This document shows positions 30,452-40,060 of a DNA stretch of 64,000 bases, piece after piece. The notes under the pieces are model-generated. The model was not told where the DNA came from. It ran no database searches and worked only from the letters and a program-made list of their open reading frames with translations. The stretch comes from an uncultured Gammaproteobacteria bacterium (lineage in GTDB: Bacteria > Pseudomonadota > Gammaproteobacteria > JABCZS01): NCBI GenBank assembly GCA_963848305.1, contig CAWKDC010000001.1, forward strand, positions 1,472,001 to 1,536,000, in the 5' to 3' direction. Made by a program: the position numbers and the translations under genes. Numbering within the stretch: position 1 is the stretch's first letter; each line of letters opens with the position of its first letter.

Positions 30452-31300
30452 TCACGACTTCCGCGATACCACAAAATTCGTGAGGTGTTTTAAATATTGG
30501 GTATCGCCATCGATATGGGCGAGAATACCAAGTGCTTCTTGATGCAATTGGTGTAACCACTGTTTGGCGCCTGTGAGGCCGAGCATCGCGGGATAGGTGG
30601 CTTTGTCGAGTGCAGCATCGCCGTCTATATCCAGTAAATCGTCTTGAACTTGGAAGGCCAGCCCCAGGGTTTCTGCAAACACGGTCAGTTGATTGAAGAT
30701 GCCAGGATCGGTGGGTTGAATCATGGCGGCCAATTGGATGCTGGCACGGATCAAGGCGCCGGTTTTACAACGGTGCATGTGGGCGAGCTGATCGGGGTTC
30801 ATGTTGCTCGGTGAGCTGGACAAGTCAATCGCTTGGCCGCCCACCATCCCCAATGATCCAGCGGATTTGGTCAGGCAAGAGATCATTTTAATGCGGTATT
30901 GCGGGTCAATGTGGTTGGCATCGGTCAAGATTTCAAAGGCCAGGGCTTGCAAGGCATCGCCAGCCAGTAGGGCCGTGGCTTCATCAAATGCAATATGGCA
31001 GGTGGGTTTGCCGCGACGCAACTCGTCATTGTCCATGCAAGGCAAATCGTCGTGAATGAGAGAATAACTATGGATTAATTCAACAGCCACCGCGAGCGGA
31101 TCCAGTTTTTCACGGGGAATGTGCAGCGCATAACCCGTTGAATAGACTAACAAAGGACGCAACCTTTTGCCGCCATTCAAGACCGCGTAACGCATGGCTT
31201 CATGAAGGTGAGTGGGCGTCGCTGAAGGGTCGGGCAAGTATTTGCTTAACAGGGCGTCAATATGGTCTAGGCATTCTTGTATATAGACGTGTATGATCAT
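30452..31300 (-). CDS. ispA: Farnesyl diphosphate synthase
   Basis: GGKRLRP, SLIHDDLPCMD, GGQAID and FQVQDDLLD motifs. Confidence 0.96.
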   Translation of the reverse strand: MIIHVYIQECLDHIDALLSKYLPDPSATPTHLHEAMRYAVLNGGKRLRPLLVYSTGYALHIPREKLDPLAVAVELIHSYSLIHDDLPCMDNDELRRGKPTCHIAFDEATALLAGDALQALAFEILTDANHIDPQYRIKMISCLTKSAGSLGMVGGQAIDLSSSPSNMNPDQLAHMHRCKTGALIRASIQLAAMIQPTDPGIFNQLTVFAETLGLAFQVQDDLLDIDGDAALDKATYPAMLGLTGAKQWLHQLHQEALGILAHIDGDTQYLKHLTNFVVSRKS

Positions 31301-31527
31301 GATGAGGTTGTGTCCAATGTGCCGTCAGATTTTTGTAAGAGTGTTTCAACTTTCAGCTTGGCTTCAGCTAATGCGTGTTGGCATTCACGGGATAATGCGA
31401 TGCCTTTCTCAAATGTTTCTAGAGAATCTTCTAAACTCAAATTGCCTGACTCCAGGCTTTTGACCAGCGACTCAAGCGATTCTATTGCGGTTTCGAAAGA
31501 AAAAGATTTTTTTATCTTTGATTTCAT
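31297..31527 (-). CDS. xseB: Exodeoxyribonuclease VII small subunit
   Basis: SFETAIESLESLVKSLESGNLSLEDSLETFEKG motif. Confidence 0.95.
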   Translation of the reverse strand: MKSKIKKSFSFETAIESLESLVKSLESGNLSLEDSLETFEKGIALSRECQHALAEAKLKVETLLQKSDGTLDTTSS

Positions 31528-31714
31528 GGGAGAATGGAGTCCTCTGTGATGTAGAGAAAGTTTATCGCGGAAAAAGAGGGAAGTCAATGTGAAGTTGATT
31601 AACTTGTCTTAAGGGTGTCAGACACTTTTGATGGTAAATCAGGGCGTTAAGGAGCATGGGTACTAAAAAGAGTGCTTATGCGGGTTTTTATGTCGACTCT
31701 AAAAGGGTAAATTC

Positions 31715-33187
31715 ATGGACCATATCATCGCGTTATTGCAGCCATACAGCACAACCTGGCTCACGCTGGTGCCAGCGGTGCTCAGCATCAGCCTTGCATT
31801 TTTAACAAGACAAGTGATATTCGCCTTGTTCATGGGCGTGGTTGCCGGGGCGTTGGTGTTGGCGTTGCAATCAGGCAGTGTCATGGACCTGAACTTTTTA
31901 AGAACATTTATTTTACCCTCATTGGGAACGGCGGATTATGCCTTGATACTGCTCACCTACCTGTGGTGTTTGGGCGGGTTGATTGGGATGTGGAATAAAA
32001 CCGGGGCTGCGCGTCATTTTGCGGAAACGGTGGGGCATCGATTCGCGTCGGGTCCTCGTACGGCGAAAGTGTTCACTTGGGTGATGGGATTGATTTTTCA
32101 TCAAGGTGGTACGATCAGCACGATCCTCACGGGCACCACGGTCCGGCCAGTCACAGATAAGTATAAAGTGAGTCATGAGGAACTGGCTTATATCGTCGAT
32201 TCTACCGCATCGCCTGTCGCCACCATCATCCCATTCAATGCCTGGCCGATTTACGTTGGCGGTATCATCATGGGCACATTGCCTTTTGTAAATTCTGAAG
32301 CGGATGCATTCAGTTTATTTATTGCCTCTATCCCATTTAATTTTTATGCATTGTTTGCCGTATTTGCGACACTGTTGATGTCATTAGAAGTGTTGCCCTG
32401 GGTGGGGTCAGGTTTGAAGGCTGCCATGATACGTTCGCGTATGACGGGTCAATTAGATGCGGATGATGCGCAACCGCTCATGAAATTGAGTTCAGGCAAA
32501 GCGCAACAAGCCTATGGGTATTTGCCGAGCAATTGGGATTTCGTATTACCAATTTTATTGTTATTAACTGTTGCGGTCGTGCCTTATGCTGCGGCACATT
32601 TAGGTTACATCGATTTGAAATATGCGAATTTTATTCCAGAAGCCTTTTTGGTCGCTGTATTAACCAGTATGATCGTTGCTAAATGCCGAGGGATGGCGTT
32701 ATCAGATGTGATGGCGGGGTTCAATGAAGGTTGTCAAAGTGTGACAGTGGCGGCGATATTGTTAGGATTGGCGGTGACATTGGGCGTTGTGACCAAAAAA
32801 TTAGGCCTCGCTTCATTTCTCGTGGAGATTGCCAATGGTGCTTTGTCGCCCACATTGCTACCAGGTTTGCTCACGCTGCTCTGTTTGCTCATCGCTTTTT
32901 CAACAGGTTCATCATTCGGCACCTTCGCCGTTGTGTTGCCTGTCGCCATGCCACTCGCGTATGCATTGGTGCCCGATATCACCTATGTTCAAATTTGTTT
33001 GGGCGCAGTGTTGGGAGGGTCAGTCGCGGGTGATCAATGCTCTCCCGTTTCAGACACAGTGGTATTATCCAGCATGAGCACAGGCTGTGATTTAATGCAC
33101 CATGTCAAGACACAGTTGCCAATGTCCATGACAATATTGGGGATTGCAGCTATTTTTTCAATGATTGCTGTCAAAATATGGGTATAA
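31715..33187 (+). CDS. NhaC-family (Na+/H+ antiporter-like) transporter, likely an amino acid importer
   Basis: ELAYIVDSTASP, FSTGSSFGT, GDQCSPVSDT and HVKTQLP motifs. Confidence 0.88.
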   Translation: MDHIIALLQPYSTTWLTLVPAVLSISLAFLTRQVIFALFMGVVAGALVLALQSGSVMDLNFLRTFILPSLGTADYALILLTYLWCLGGLIGMWNKTGAARHFAETVGHRFASGPRTAKVFTWVMGLIFHQGGTISTILTGTTVRPVTDKYKVSHEELAYIVDSTASPVATIIPFNAWPIYVGGIIMGTLPFVNSEADAFSLFIASIPFNFYALFAVFATLLMSLEVLPWVGSGLKAAMIRSRMTGQLDADDAQPLMKLSSGKAQQAYGYLPSNWDFVLPILLLLTVAVVPYAAAHLGYIDLKYANFIPEAFLVAVLTSMIVAKCRGMALSDVMAGFNEGCQSVTVAAILLGLAVTLGVVTKKLGLASFLVEIANGALSPTLLPGLLTLLCLLIAFSTGSSFGTFAVVLPVAMPLAYALVPDITYVQICLGAVLGGSVAGDQCSPVSDTVVLSSMSTGCDLMHHVKTQLPMSMTILGIAAIFSMIAVKIWV

Positions 33188-33190
33188 ATA

Positions 33191-34228
33191 ATGATCAATC
33201 TCAAGCAGGTTAGTAAAGTGTATGGGGAAGCATCGCCTGTGGTGGCGTTGCATCCCACCTCTTTGCATATTCAAGCCGGGGAAATGTTTGGGATCATCGG
33301 GGAAAGCGGTGCCGGCAAAAGCACGCTATTGCGGCTGATCAACGGCTTGGAAACTCCCACCAGGGGTGAAGTGTGGGTCAATCAGCAATCCATTCAATCT
33401 TTGTCACCCAGTGCATTGCGTCAGGTTCGCAGTCGAATCGGGATGATCTTTCAGCACTTCCATTTGGTACTGGCCAAAACGGTGTTTGATAATGTGGCTA
33501 TGCCGATGCGTTTTGCGGGTGCGCCTGAAACAGAGATTCAACAACGCGTGCCTGTTTTGCTTGAGCGTGTCGGCCTCACGCGGTATGCTAAAAACTTTCC
33601 GGGTCAATTGAGTGGCGGGCAAAAACAACGTGTGGCGATTGCGCGTGCGCTGGCCCTTAACCCGAATATTTTATTGTCTGATGAATCAACCTCATCCCTG
33701 GATCCTGACACCACGGAACAAATTTTATCTTTGTTGAAAAGCCTTCATGATGAATTAGGATTAACCATTGTATTGATCACGCATGAAATGGAAGTGATCA
33801 AATCGATTTGTACGCGCATTGCGGTGATGAGTCGTGGACAGGTCGTGGAGCAGGGGGATGTGCTCGATATTTTCACCGCGCCGACAGATCCTTTCACGAA
33901 GAAATTGGTGGCGCGCTCAATGGGTGAATCCTTGCCGGCTGCATTGTTGGCGCGCATGTCTGTGCAAGCGACGGATACCAATCAACAACCTTTGATCCAT
34001 GTTTCATTTCGAGGCAAAGCTGCAACGGAGCCGCTCATTTCCGGTTTGGTGCGCGACTGCCACGTGTCTGTCAATATTTTGCAAGCGCATCTTGAAACAT
34101 TGCGCGGGGAAGGGTGCGGCACCATGATATTCACGTTGGATGATCCGCAGAAAAGAGATCCTGTGTTACATTATTTAAAAACGCGTGGCGCAACAGCGGA
34201 GGTGATGGGCTATGTTTCCATTCATTAA
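33191..34228 (+). CDS. metN: Methionine ABC transporter ATPase
   Basis: GESGAGKSTL, IGMIFQHF and LITHEMEVIKSIC; C-terminal NIL domain. Confidence 0.95.
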   Translation: MINLKQVSKVYGEASPVVALHPTSLHIQAGEMFGIIGESGAGKSTLLRLINGLETPTRGEVWVNQQSIQSLSPSALRQVRSRIGMIFQHFHLVLAKTVFDNVAMPMRFAGAPETEIQQRVPVLLERVGLTRYAKNFPGQLSGGQKQRVAIARALALNPNILLSDESTSSLDPDTTEQILSLLKSLHDELGLTIVLITHEMEVIKSICTRIAVMSRGQVVEQGDVLDIFTAPTDPFTKKLVARSMGESLPAALLARMSVQATDTNQQPLIHVSFRGKAATEPLISGLVRDCHVSVNILQAHLETLRGEGCGTMIFTLDDPQKRDPVLHYLKTRGATAEVMGYVSIH

Positions 34229-34847
34229 AGCAACGATTGAAACACTTTACATGGTGCTGGTCTCTGGCTCGATAGCGGGTTTGTGTGGCCTCTCAATTGG
34301 TTTATGGATGTATGCCACTTCCAGCGCACATTTATTGGCGCAAAGAAATGTGTATCGTTTTGTCAGTGTTGTCGCGAATATTGTGCGTTCCATTCCCTTT
34401 ATTATTTTCATGATCATTTTAATTCCCGTCACACGGCTGATTGTCGGTACATCGATTGGTACGCATGCCGCGATTGTCCCGCTCACATTGGCCGCCATTC
34501 CGTTTTTTGCGCGCCTGAGTGAATCCGTGTTTGCTGAATTGCCGTCTGGTTTATTGGAAGCAGGAAAAGCGATGGGCGCAACGCCGCGTCAAATATTGTG
34601 CCACATGGTATTGCCCGAAGCATTACCGGGACTCATTCGCGCGATGACGGTGATGCTGATCACCTTAGTAGGATATTCTGCCATGGCAGGTATTGTCGGT
34701 GGGGGTGGGTTGGGTACACTCGCTTATAACGAGGGTTACCAGCATTTTAATGCCACCGTGATGTTGATCACGACAGTGATATTGATTGTACTGGTTCAGG
34801 CTATTCAGTCCACGGGGGATTATTTGGCTGCGCATTATACAAGATAG
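34212..34847 (+). CDS. metI: Methionine ABC transporter permease
   Basis: RSIPFII and LVGYSAMAGIVGGGGLG motifs. Confidence 0.95.
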   Translation: MFPFIKATIETLYMVLVSGSIAGLCGLSIGLWMYATSSAHLLAQRNVYRFVSVVANIVRSIPFIIFMIILIPVTRLIVGTSIGTHAAIVPLTLAAIPFFARLSESVFAELPSGLLEAGKAMGATPRQILCHMVLPEALPGLIRAMTVMLITLVGYSAMAGIVGGGGLGTLAYNEGYQHFNATVMLITTVILIVLVQAIQSTGDYLAAHYTR

Positions 34848-34859
34848 GGAGAATTCAGC

Positions 34860-35647
34860 ATGAAATTATTCGCATTGTTATTTGTTTTTTTATTGACGGC
34901 TTGTTCTTCGCCAGATGCGCATCTTAATCGTTTGCGTGTGGGGACAATTGCAGGACCTGAAACAGAACTGATGGAAGTTGCAAAAGAAGTTGCATTGGCA
35001 CAATCGGGTTTGGAGATTCAAATCACGACTTTTGCTGATTATATTTTACCGAACACAGCATTGGCGGATGGTTCGTTGGATGCGAATGTTTTTCAACATC
35101 AGGTTTATTTGGATGCGTATTTAAAAGCGCATCCTGCACAGCATTTGGTGGCTGTTGGAAAAACATTTATTTATCCTGTCGGGATTTATTCCCAGCGTTA
35201 TACACTGGAGACATTGCCTGACGGCGCCAAAGTGGCTATCCCGAACGATCCGAGTAATGGGCCCGTGCATTATTATTATTGGCAAAGGCGGGGCTGATCA
35301 CGCTCGGACACAGCAATCCGAATAACGTCACGCAGGCGGATATTGTCAGCAATCCCAAACATCTTCATATCATGGCGATGGATGCTGCACAATTACCTCG
35401 CGTGTTGCCGGACGTTGGCCTTGCGGTGATCAACACGAATTACAGTTTATTAGCAGGCCTACATCCCCATAAAGATGCACTCATTTTGGAAGACAATGAT
35501 TCACCCTACGCGAATATTGTCGTCGTGCGTGCTGGTTTTGAAAACGATCCTCGCGTGAGCCAATTGGTGGAAGCGTTGCAGTCGCCCGCAGTGATAGATA
35601 AAGCAGATAGTTTATTTCAAGGACAGGCCATTAAAGCGTGGAAATAA
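34860..35647 (+). CDS. metQ: Methionine-binding lipoprotein (frameshift near 35260)
   Basis: Lipobox LTAC, DANVFQH and INTNY; IPNDPSNGARALLLL is restored by adding one G. Confidence 0.92.
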
Positions 35648-35667
35648 ACGGGTTGGGAAGACATGAT

Positions 35668-35744
35668 TGGTGGCTATGGGTGGACTCGAACCACCGACCT
35701 CAGCATTATGAGTGCCGCGCTCTAACCGGCTGAGCTACATAGCC
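35668..35744 (-). tRNA. tRNA-Met (CAT), elongator type
   Basis: GGCTATGTAGCTCAGCCGGTTAGAGCGCGGCACTCATAATGCTGAGGTCGGTGGTTCGAGTCCACCCATAGCCACCA; G1-C72 paired; TTGACA-17-CAAAAT promoter upstream. Confidence 0.93.
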
Positions 35745-35920
35745 ATAAGATGCGACATTTTGACCGTTAATCATCGGGTTGTCAATAGAAATGGAACATT
35801 TTTTGCCCTCTATGAAGCGGATCTCTACATGCGGGGGTTGGTATGTTGAGGCCAAGACGAGTGACGGTTCCAAATTTCCTCAAAACTGTTATACTCGAAG
35901 CATAACTCCCGGAGGTTCTG

Positions 35921-37108
35921 ATGCTTTCCTCTCAAAACACCCCAAACATCCTTGACCCCAATCGCCCCCTCAGCTGGGACGAGCTCTTGAGGCTGCCTGG
36001 CAATAATATCCTGAAAAATCTGTATTATGCGAATCAACGCTGGGAAGCGCTTAAAGCACATGCGGCTGTGACCTTGCAGCACCAAGCCAATCTTGAGGAA
36101 CAAGCATCATTAGAAACGACAGAACCTTCACGCCCAGCCAGATCAGATAAAGTCGATATTTTCAGTGATGGCCGCGAAGCGGAGGAAGTCTTACTAGAGA
36201 TGGGCATAGATCCTTCCTCTGGTCCGCTTGAGGAATTGGCTGAAGAGGCACGTGCGAAAAGAGCCATTGAGTTGATATACACGCCTGATGAAAAAGCCTA
36301 TAGCCTTCTTGATGAATTGTTATCTGCGTTGACCCGTGGCCTCAACATGATTTCCTTCCAACAAGCTTTGAGAACGCCTGTGGATCCTACTCAGGCTGCT
36401 GCACAACGTAGTCTCAAAGAAAAACTATTGGAGGATTTGTACCGGCAACGCCCAGATTTAGCGATGCAAAATTGGATATTGGCGGCTAATTTCGTTGATC
36501 GATTGGCCAACGCACTGATCAATTTGGGTTATACGGCAGATACCTACGCAGCTGCATTCGCCACTTCGCCTGACGGGTCACGTGCCTTTGTCTTGGATTT
36601 TGAAAAACATGTCGCGCACATGTCTCAACTGTCCCATGAAGCACGTCGTGCGGTTGATGCGAGCCGTGCTCCCGAGATCTCGCCCAATGTATTCCCCAGC
36701 CCGCAAACGTTTCGTTTGCCACCCAAGCAAGAGGGACAATCGAATCAAGAGTGGCGATATGAGATTGCCCTCGAATACATACAAAAGATGTGGCCTCACG
36801 TCACGACGGAACGTACGACACCGGCCGAACAGCAAAACCAATTGCAAGCGCAGCAACAACGTTCAACACCTTTTAAATTGAAGCCAGAAGCGCCCGCGCC
36901 TGAACCCTCTGCACAAGAGAAATTGGAATACATCGCCAAAGATGTCTTACAAATAGACCTTGAAACCCTGGTCTCTCGCGCTGTTTATGGGGCCATGCAT
37001 ACATTGGGTATCCCCGGTATGGGTCCAGAGCAGGATGAAGAGGCCAAGAAGAAAAAGGCTCCCAGTCCATTTGAACCCCCTAACCCATTTGGAGATAAAA
37101 CAAAGTGA
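35921..37108 (+). CDS. Hypothetical protein with Gln/Pro-rich C-terminus
   Basis: GGAGG RBS; TGnTATACT promoter-like motif; 395 aa; no recognised domain. Confidence 0.8.
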   Translation: MLSSQNTPNILDPNRPLSWDELLRLPGNNILKNLYYANQRWEALKAHAAVTLQHQANLEEQASLETTEPSRPARSDKVDIFSDGREAEEVLLEMGIDPSSGPLEELAEEARAKRAIELIYTPDEKAYSLLDELLSALTRGLNMISFQQALRTPVDPTQAAAQRSLKEKLLEDLYRQRPDLAMQNWILAANFVDRLANALINLGYTADTYAAAFATSPDGSRAFVLDFEKHVAHMSQLSHEARRAVDASRAPEISPNVFPSPQTFRLPPKQEGQSNQEWRYEIALEYIQKMWPHVTTERTTPAEQQNQLQAQQQRSTPFKLKPEAPAPEPSAQEKLEYIAKDVLQIDLETLVSRAVYGAMHTLGIPGMGPEQDEEAKKKKAPSPFEPPNPFGDKTK

Positions 37109-37560
37109 AGACGTTGAAAGCATGGTGTTTATTGGCTTTGGCATGGCCTGTTCTGTCTATCGCGTGTGATGCCCACAAAATTGCATTCAGCAAGGGTTAT
37201 ATCCCGCTGCCTGCGCCCGGCCAGCCCGTGGCTGCCGTATATATTGAGATCAAAAATGAGGGCGATAAACCCATCACATTGGAAAGCATTTCCAGTCCTG
37301 TTGCAGAACATGTGATGTTACATCAAAATGTTCATACTGCTCATCATGTTAAAATGAAAAGCCTTGAAACGCTTGTGTTGCCTTCGCATCAAACCGTTCA
37401 CCTAAAGCCCGGCCCAGGCAACATGCATATCATGTTGATGGGGTTGAAGCAGTCTTTGAAAGTGGGCGATACGGTGACGCTTTATGTGACCTTTGGCGAT
37501 GCTTCTGAAGCTGAGGTTTATGGGATTCCGGTTATAGCGGCGCATCATGGCGCATTGTAG
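37105..37560 (+). CDS. Periplasmic copper chaperone PCu(A)C
   Basis: Signal peptide, AAVYIEIKN, MLHQ..MK and HIMLMGLKQSLKVGD. Confidence 0.9.
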   Translation: MKTLKAWCLLALAWPVLSIACDAHKIAFSKGYIPLPAPGQPVAAVYIEIKNEGDKPITLESISSPVAEHVMLHQNVHTAHHVKMKSLETLVLPSHQTVHLKPGPGNMHIMLMGLKQSLKVGDTVTLYVTFGDASEAEVYGIPVIAAHHGAL

Positions 37561-37585
37561 GGGCGCAGCATGCTGGATCCCTACA
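37556..37585. repeat. GTAG-type REP containing the stop codons of both flanking genes
   Basis: TGTAGGGGCGCAGCATGCTGGATCCCTACA. Confidence 0.8.
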
Positions 37586-37889
37586 ATGTGGTTATCTTCG
37601 AGACCATCCCCGCCTCATCAAAATAAATTGTGAGCTTTTTATGTTCCGGATCCTCAAATTTCTCTTTGTAATAATACACATAATCATAACGGTTGGAGCC
37701 AAATGTATCATGTGAAATAGGCTCGCCCAGGATGTAGTTAACCTGCTCTCGGGTCATGCCGACTTTGATTTGATCAACCTTGTCCTGCTCCAGCAAATTA
37801 CCTTGCTGCAGGGGAGGTCTGTGTACAAAAGGTACGTTATTTTGGCAACCCATCAAGACCAGGACAATTAACATCATGACTAATTTCAT
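37581..37889 (-). CDS. bamE: Outer membrane assembly lipoprotein BamE
   Basis: Lipobox LMGC, QQGNLL and GMTREQVNYILG; divergent from fur. Confidence 0.93.
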   Translation of the reverse strand: MKLVMMLIVLVLMGCQNNVPFVHRPPLQQGNLLEQDKVDQIKVGMTREQVNYILGEPISHDTFGSNRYDYVYYYKEKFEDPEHKKLTIYFDEAGMVSKITTL

Positions 37890-37980
37890 CAACACATTCC
37901 TCAGGCAATGAATACATCTGGCAATTGTACCCGATCCGAGGTAACCTTGGTAATAACATTTTCAAAGTGACGAGGACTTT

Positions 37981-38388
37981 ATGGATAACGATGATCTGCG
38001 CAAAGCGGGATTAAAGGGGACGTTACCGCGCCTGCGTATTTTGCAGATATTGGCGGATGCATCCGACAAACACATGAGTGCTGAAGACATCTATAAAGGC
38101 TTGCTCGAGATGGGTGATGAGGTGGGGTTGGCCACGGTCTATCGCGCCTTAACCAAATTCGTGGATGCCGGCTTGGTGAACCGCTTGAATTTTGAAGGCG
38201 GCCAAGCGGTGTATGAGTTGAATGAAGGCCGACACCATGATCATATTGTATGTATTAAATGCAATGCCGTGGAAGAGTTTGTCGACGATGTGATTGAAGC
38301 GCGCCAGAAAGCGATTGCGGAGAAATATGGGTATGAAATGACCGATCATGCCTTGAATATATTTGGGGTGTGCAAAAAGTGTCGCTGA
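37981..38388 (+). CDS. fur: Ferric uptake regulator
   Basis: LRKAGLK, HMSAED, GLATVYR and HHDHIVC motifs. Confidence 0.97.
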   Translation: MDNDDLRKAGLKGTLPRLRILQILADASDKHMSAEDIYKGLLEMGDEVGLATVYRALTKFVDAGLVNRLNFEGGQAVYELNEGRHHDHIVCIKCNAVEEFVDDVIEARQKAIAEKYGYEMTDHALNIFGVCKKCR

Positions 38389-38398
38389 GATAATCCCG

Positions 38399-40060
38399 TC
38401 ACCCCAGCATCTCTTCCGCATGCTCCAGCGTTTTCTCTGTGATTTTCACACCGCCGAGCATGCGGGCGACTTCATGAATGCGGCCAGGTTTATCTAATAC
38501 TGACACCAAGGTGCGTGTTTGACCGTTTTCAATGTGTTTTGCAATATGAAAATGATGATCGCCCAGCGCCGCCACTTGCGGCAAATGCGTGACACACAAT
38601 ACCTGCGCTTTCTGTCCCAGGGTATGCAACAATTGCCCGACAATTTCAGCCGTGCTGCCGCCAATGCCGACATCCACTTCATCAAACACAATCACGGGAA
38701 GGCTATCGTCTTGAACAATCAATACCTGCAAGGCGAGAGAAATGCGAGACAATTCACCACCCGAGGCAATTCTATGGAGCGGTGCAGCAGGGCTACCAGG
38801 ATTCGTGCTCACCATAAAAACCACTTGCTCAGCGCCGTGCGCATTCGGTGTGTCGAGGGGTTCGAGCTGCACAAAAAACTCGCCATTGGGCATGCCGAGT
38901 TGTTGAATCGACGATGAAACCGCTTGACTGAGCAATAATGCCGATTCGGTTCTTCTTTCGGTTAATTCAATACACAAGGTTTGAAAAAAATGTTGCTGTG
39001 TGTCGATTTGAGCGCTCAATGATTCAATCGCTTCACTCTGTGATTGCAATGCATTCAAGCGCGATTGCAGTGCAGAAAATTTATCGAGCAATGCTTCAGG
39101 CGCGACACGATGCTTGCGTGCCATGTCATGTAAAACAGTGAGCCGCTCATGGGCAGCAGCCAAATGCGTCGGATCATTATCCATTTTTTGCGCATACGCA
39201 TTGAGCGTGCTGGCTGCTTCAATGCAATTGATGCGTGCTTCAGAGAGCATTGCGTGTACGGGCTCTAACGTTTTATCGATCTGCATCAGCGATTCACATT
39301 GCGTATGTAATTGTGATAAAGCCTTCACAATATTATGCGAAGGGTGATCATTCAATAATTGTAATGCCGATTCTATATTGCGCATCAATGTTTCGCTGTG
39401 GGATAAACGATCATGCTGCGCTGTCAGCGTTTCCCATTCATTTGGTTTGATCTGCACTGTTTCAAATTCTGTGATCTGAAATTGCAATAAATTCATTTCA
39501 TCTGATTTTTGTGATTCACTCAGGGTGAGTGCCGCAAGCTCTTCTTTGAGTGATTTTAAAATACGATACGCTTCTTGTGTGCACTGAGCAAGTGCTTGAT
39601 GTTTGCCGAAGATATCCAATAAGTGGCGGTGCGTATCTGTTTTGAATAATGCATGGTGCGCGTGTTGGCTGTGAATATCAATCATCAATCGAGACAGGGA
39701 TTTGAGTGTGGTGAGGGGCACGGCTTCACCATTAATATAAGCACGTGAACGGCCATCAGATAATATGGTGCGTCGGATCACGCATTCTTCACCGTGATTT
39801 AATTCATGTTCAATCAACCAGGTTTGTACCGCGGGCAATAAGCTGATATCCAATGTCACGCTGATTTCAGCGCGCTCAAACCCTGCGCGTACAAAACTCG
39901 CATCCGCGCGTTCGCCCATGCATAATGATAAGGCATCAATCATGATGGATTTGCCCGCACCCGTTTCGCCCGTCATCACGGTCATGCCGGGATATAATTC
40001 TAAATCCAGTTCGTCAATAATTGCAAAATGTCGAATATGAATATGCGTTAACATGGCCAC
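38399..40060 (-). CDS. recN: DNA repair protein RecN
   Basis: TGETGAGKS, ASGGELSR, FDEVDVGIGG and VTHLPQVA motifs. Confidence 0.97.
   Translation of the reverse strand: MAMLTHIHIRHFAIIDELDLELYPGMTVMTGETGAGKSIMIDALSLCMGERADASFVRAGFERAEISVTLDISLLPAVQTWLIEHELNHGEECVIRRTILSDGRSRAYINGEAVPLTTLKSLSRLMIDIHSQHAHHALFKTDTHRHLLDIFGKHQALAQCTQEAYRILKSLKEELAALTLSESQKSDEMNLLQFQITEFETVQIKPNEWETLTAQHDRLSHSETLMRNIESALQLLNDHPSHNIVKALSQLHTQCESLMQIDKTLEPVHAMLSEARINCIEAASTLNAYAQKMDNDPTHLAAAHERLTVLHDMARKHRVAPEALLDKFSALQSRLNALQSQSEAIESLSAQIDTQQHFFQTLCIELTERRTESALLLSQAVSSSIQQLGMPNGEFFVQLEPLDTPNAHGAEQVVFMVSTNPGSPAAPLHRIASGGELSRISLALQVLIVQDDSLPVIVFDEVDVGIGGSTAEIVGQLLHTLGQKAQVLCVTHLPQVAALGDHHFHIAKHIENGQTRTLVSVLDKPGRIHEVARMLGGVKITEKTLEHAEEMLG

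Noticed and set aside
31608-31630. MetJ boxes upstream of the NhaC-metNIQ operon
   Set aside because: The best tandem 8-mers match AGACGTCT poorly.
35668-35744. tRNA as integration site of a genomic island, or tRNA-Ile2/fMet identity
   Set aside because: No integrase or duplicated 3' end nearby; the sequence resembles elongator tRNA-Met (GGCTA start, paired 1-72).
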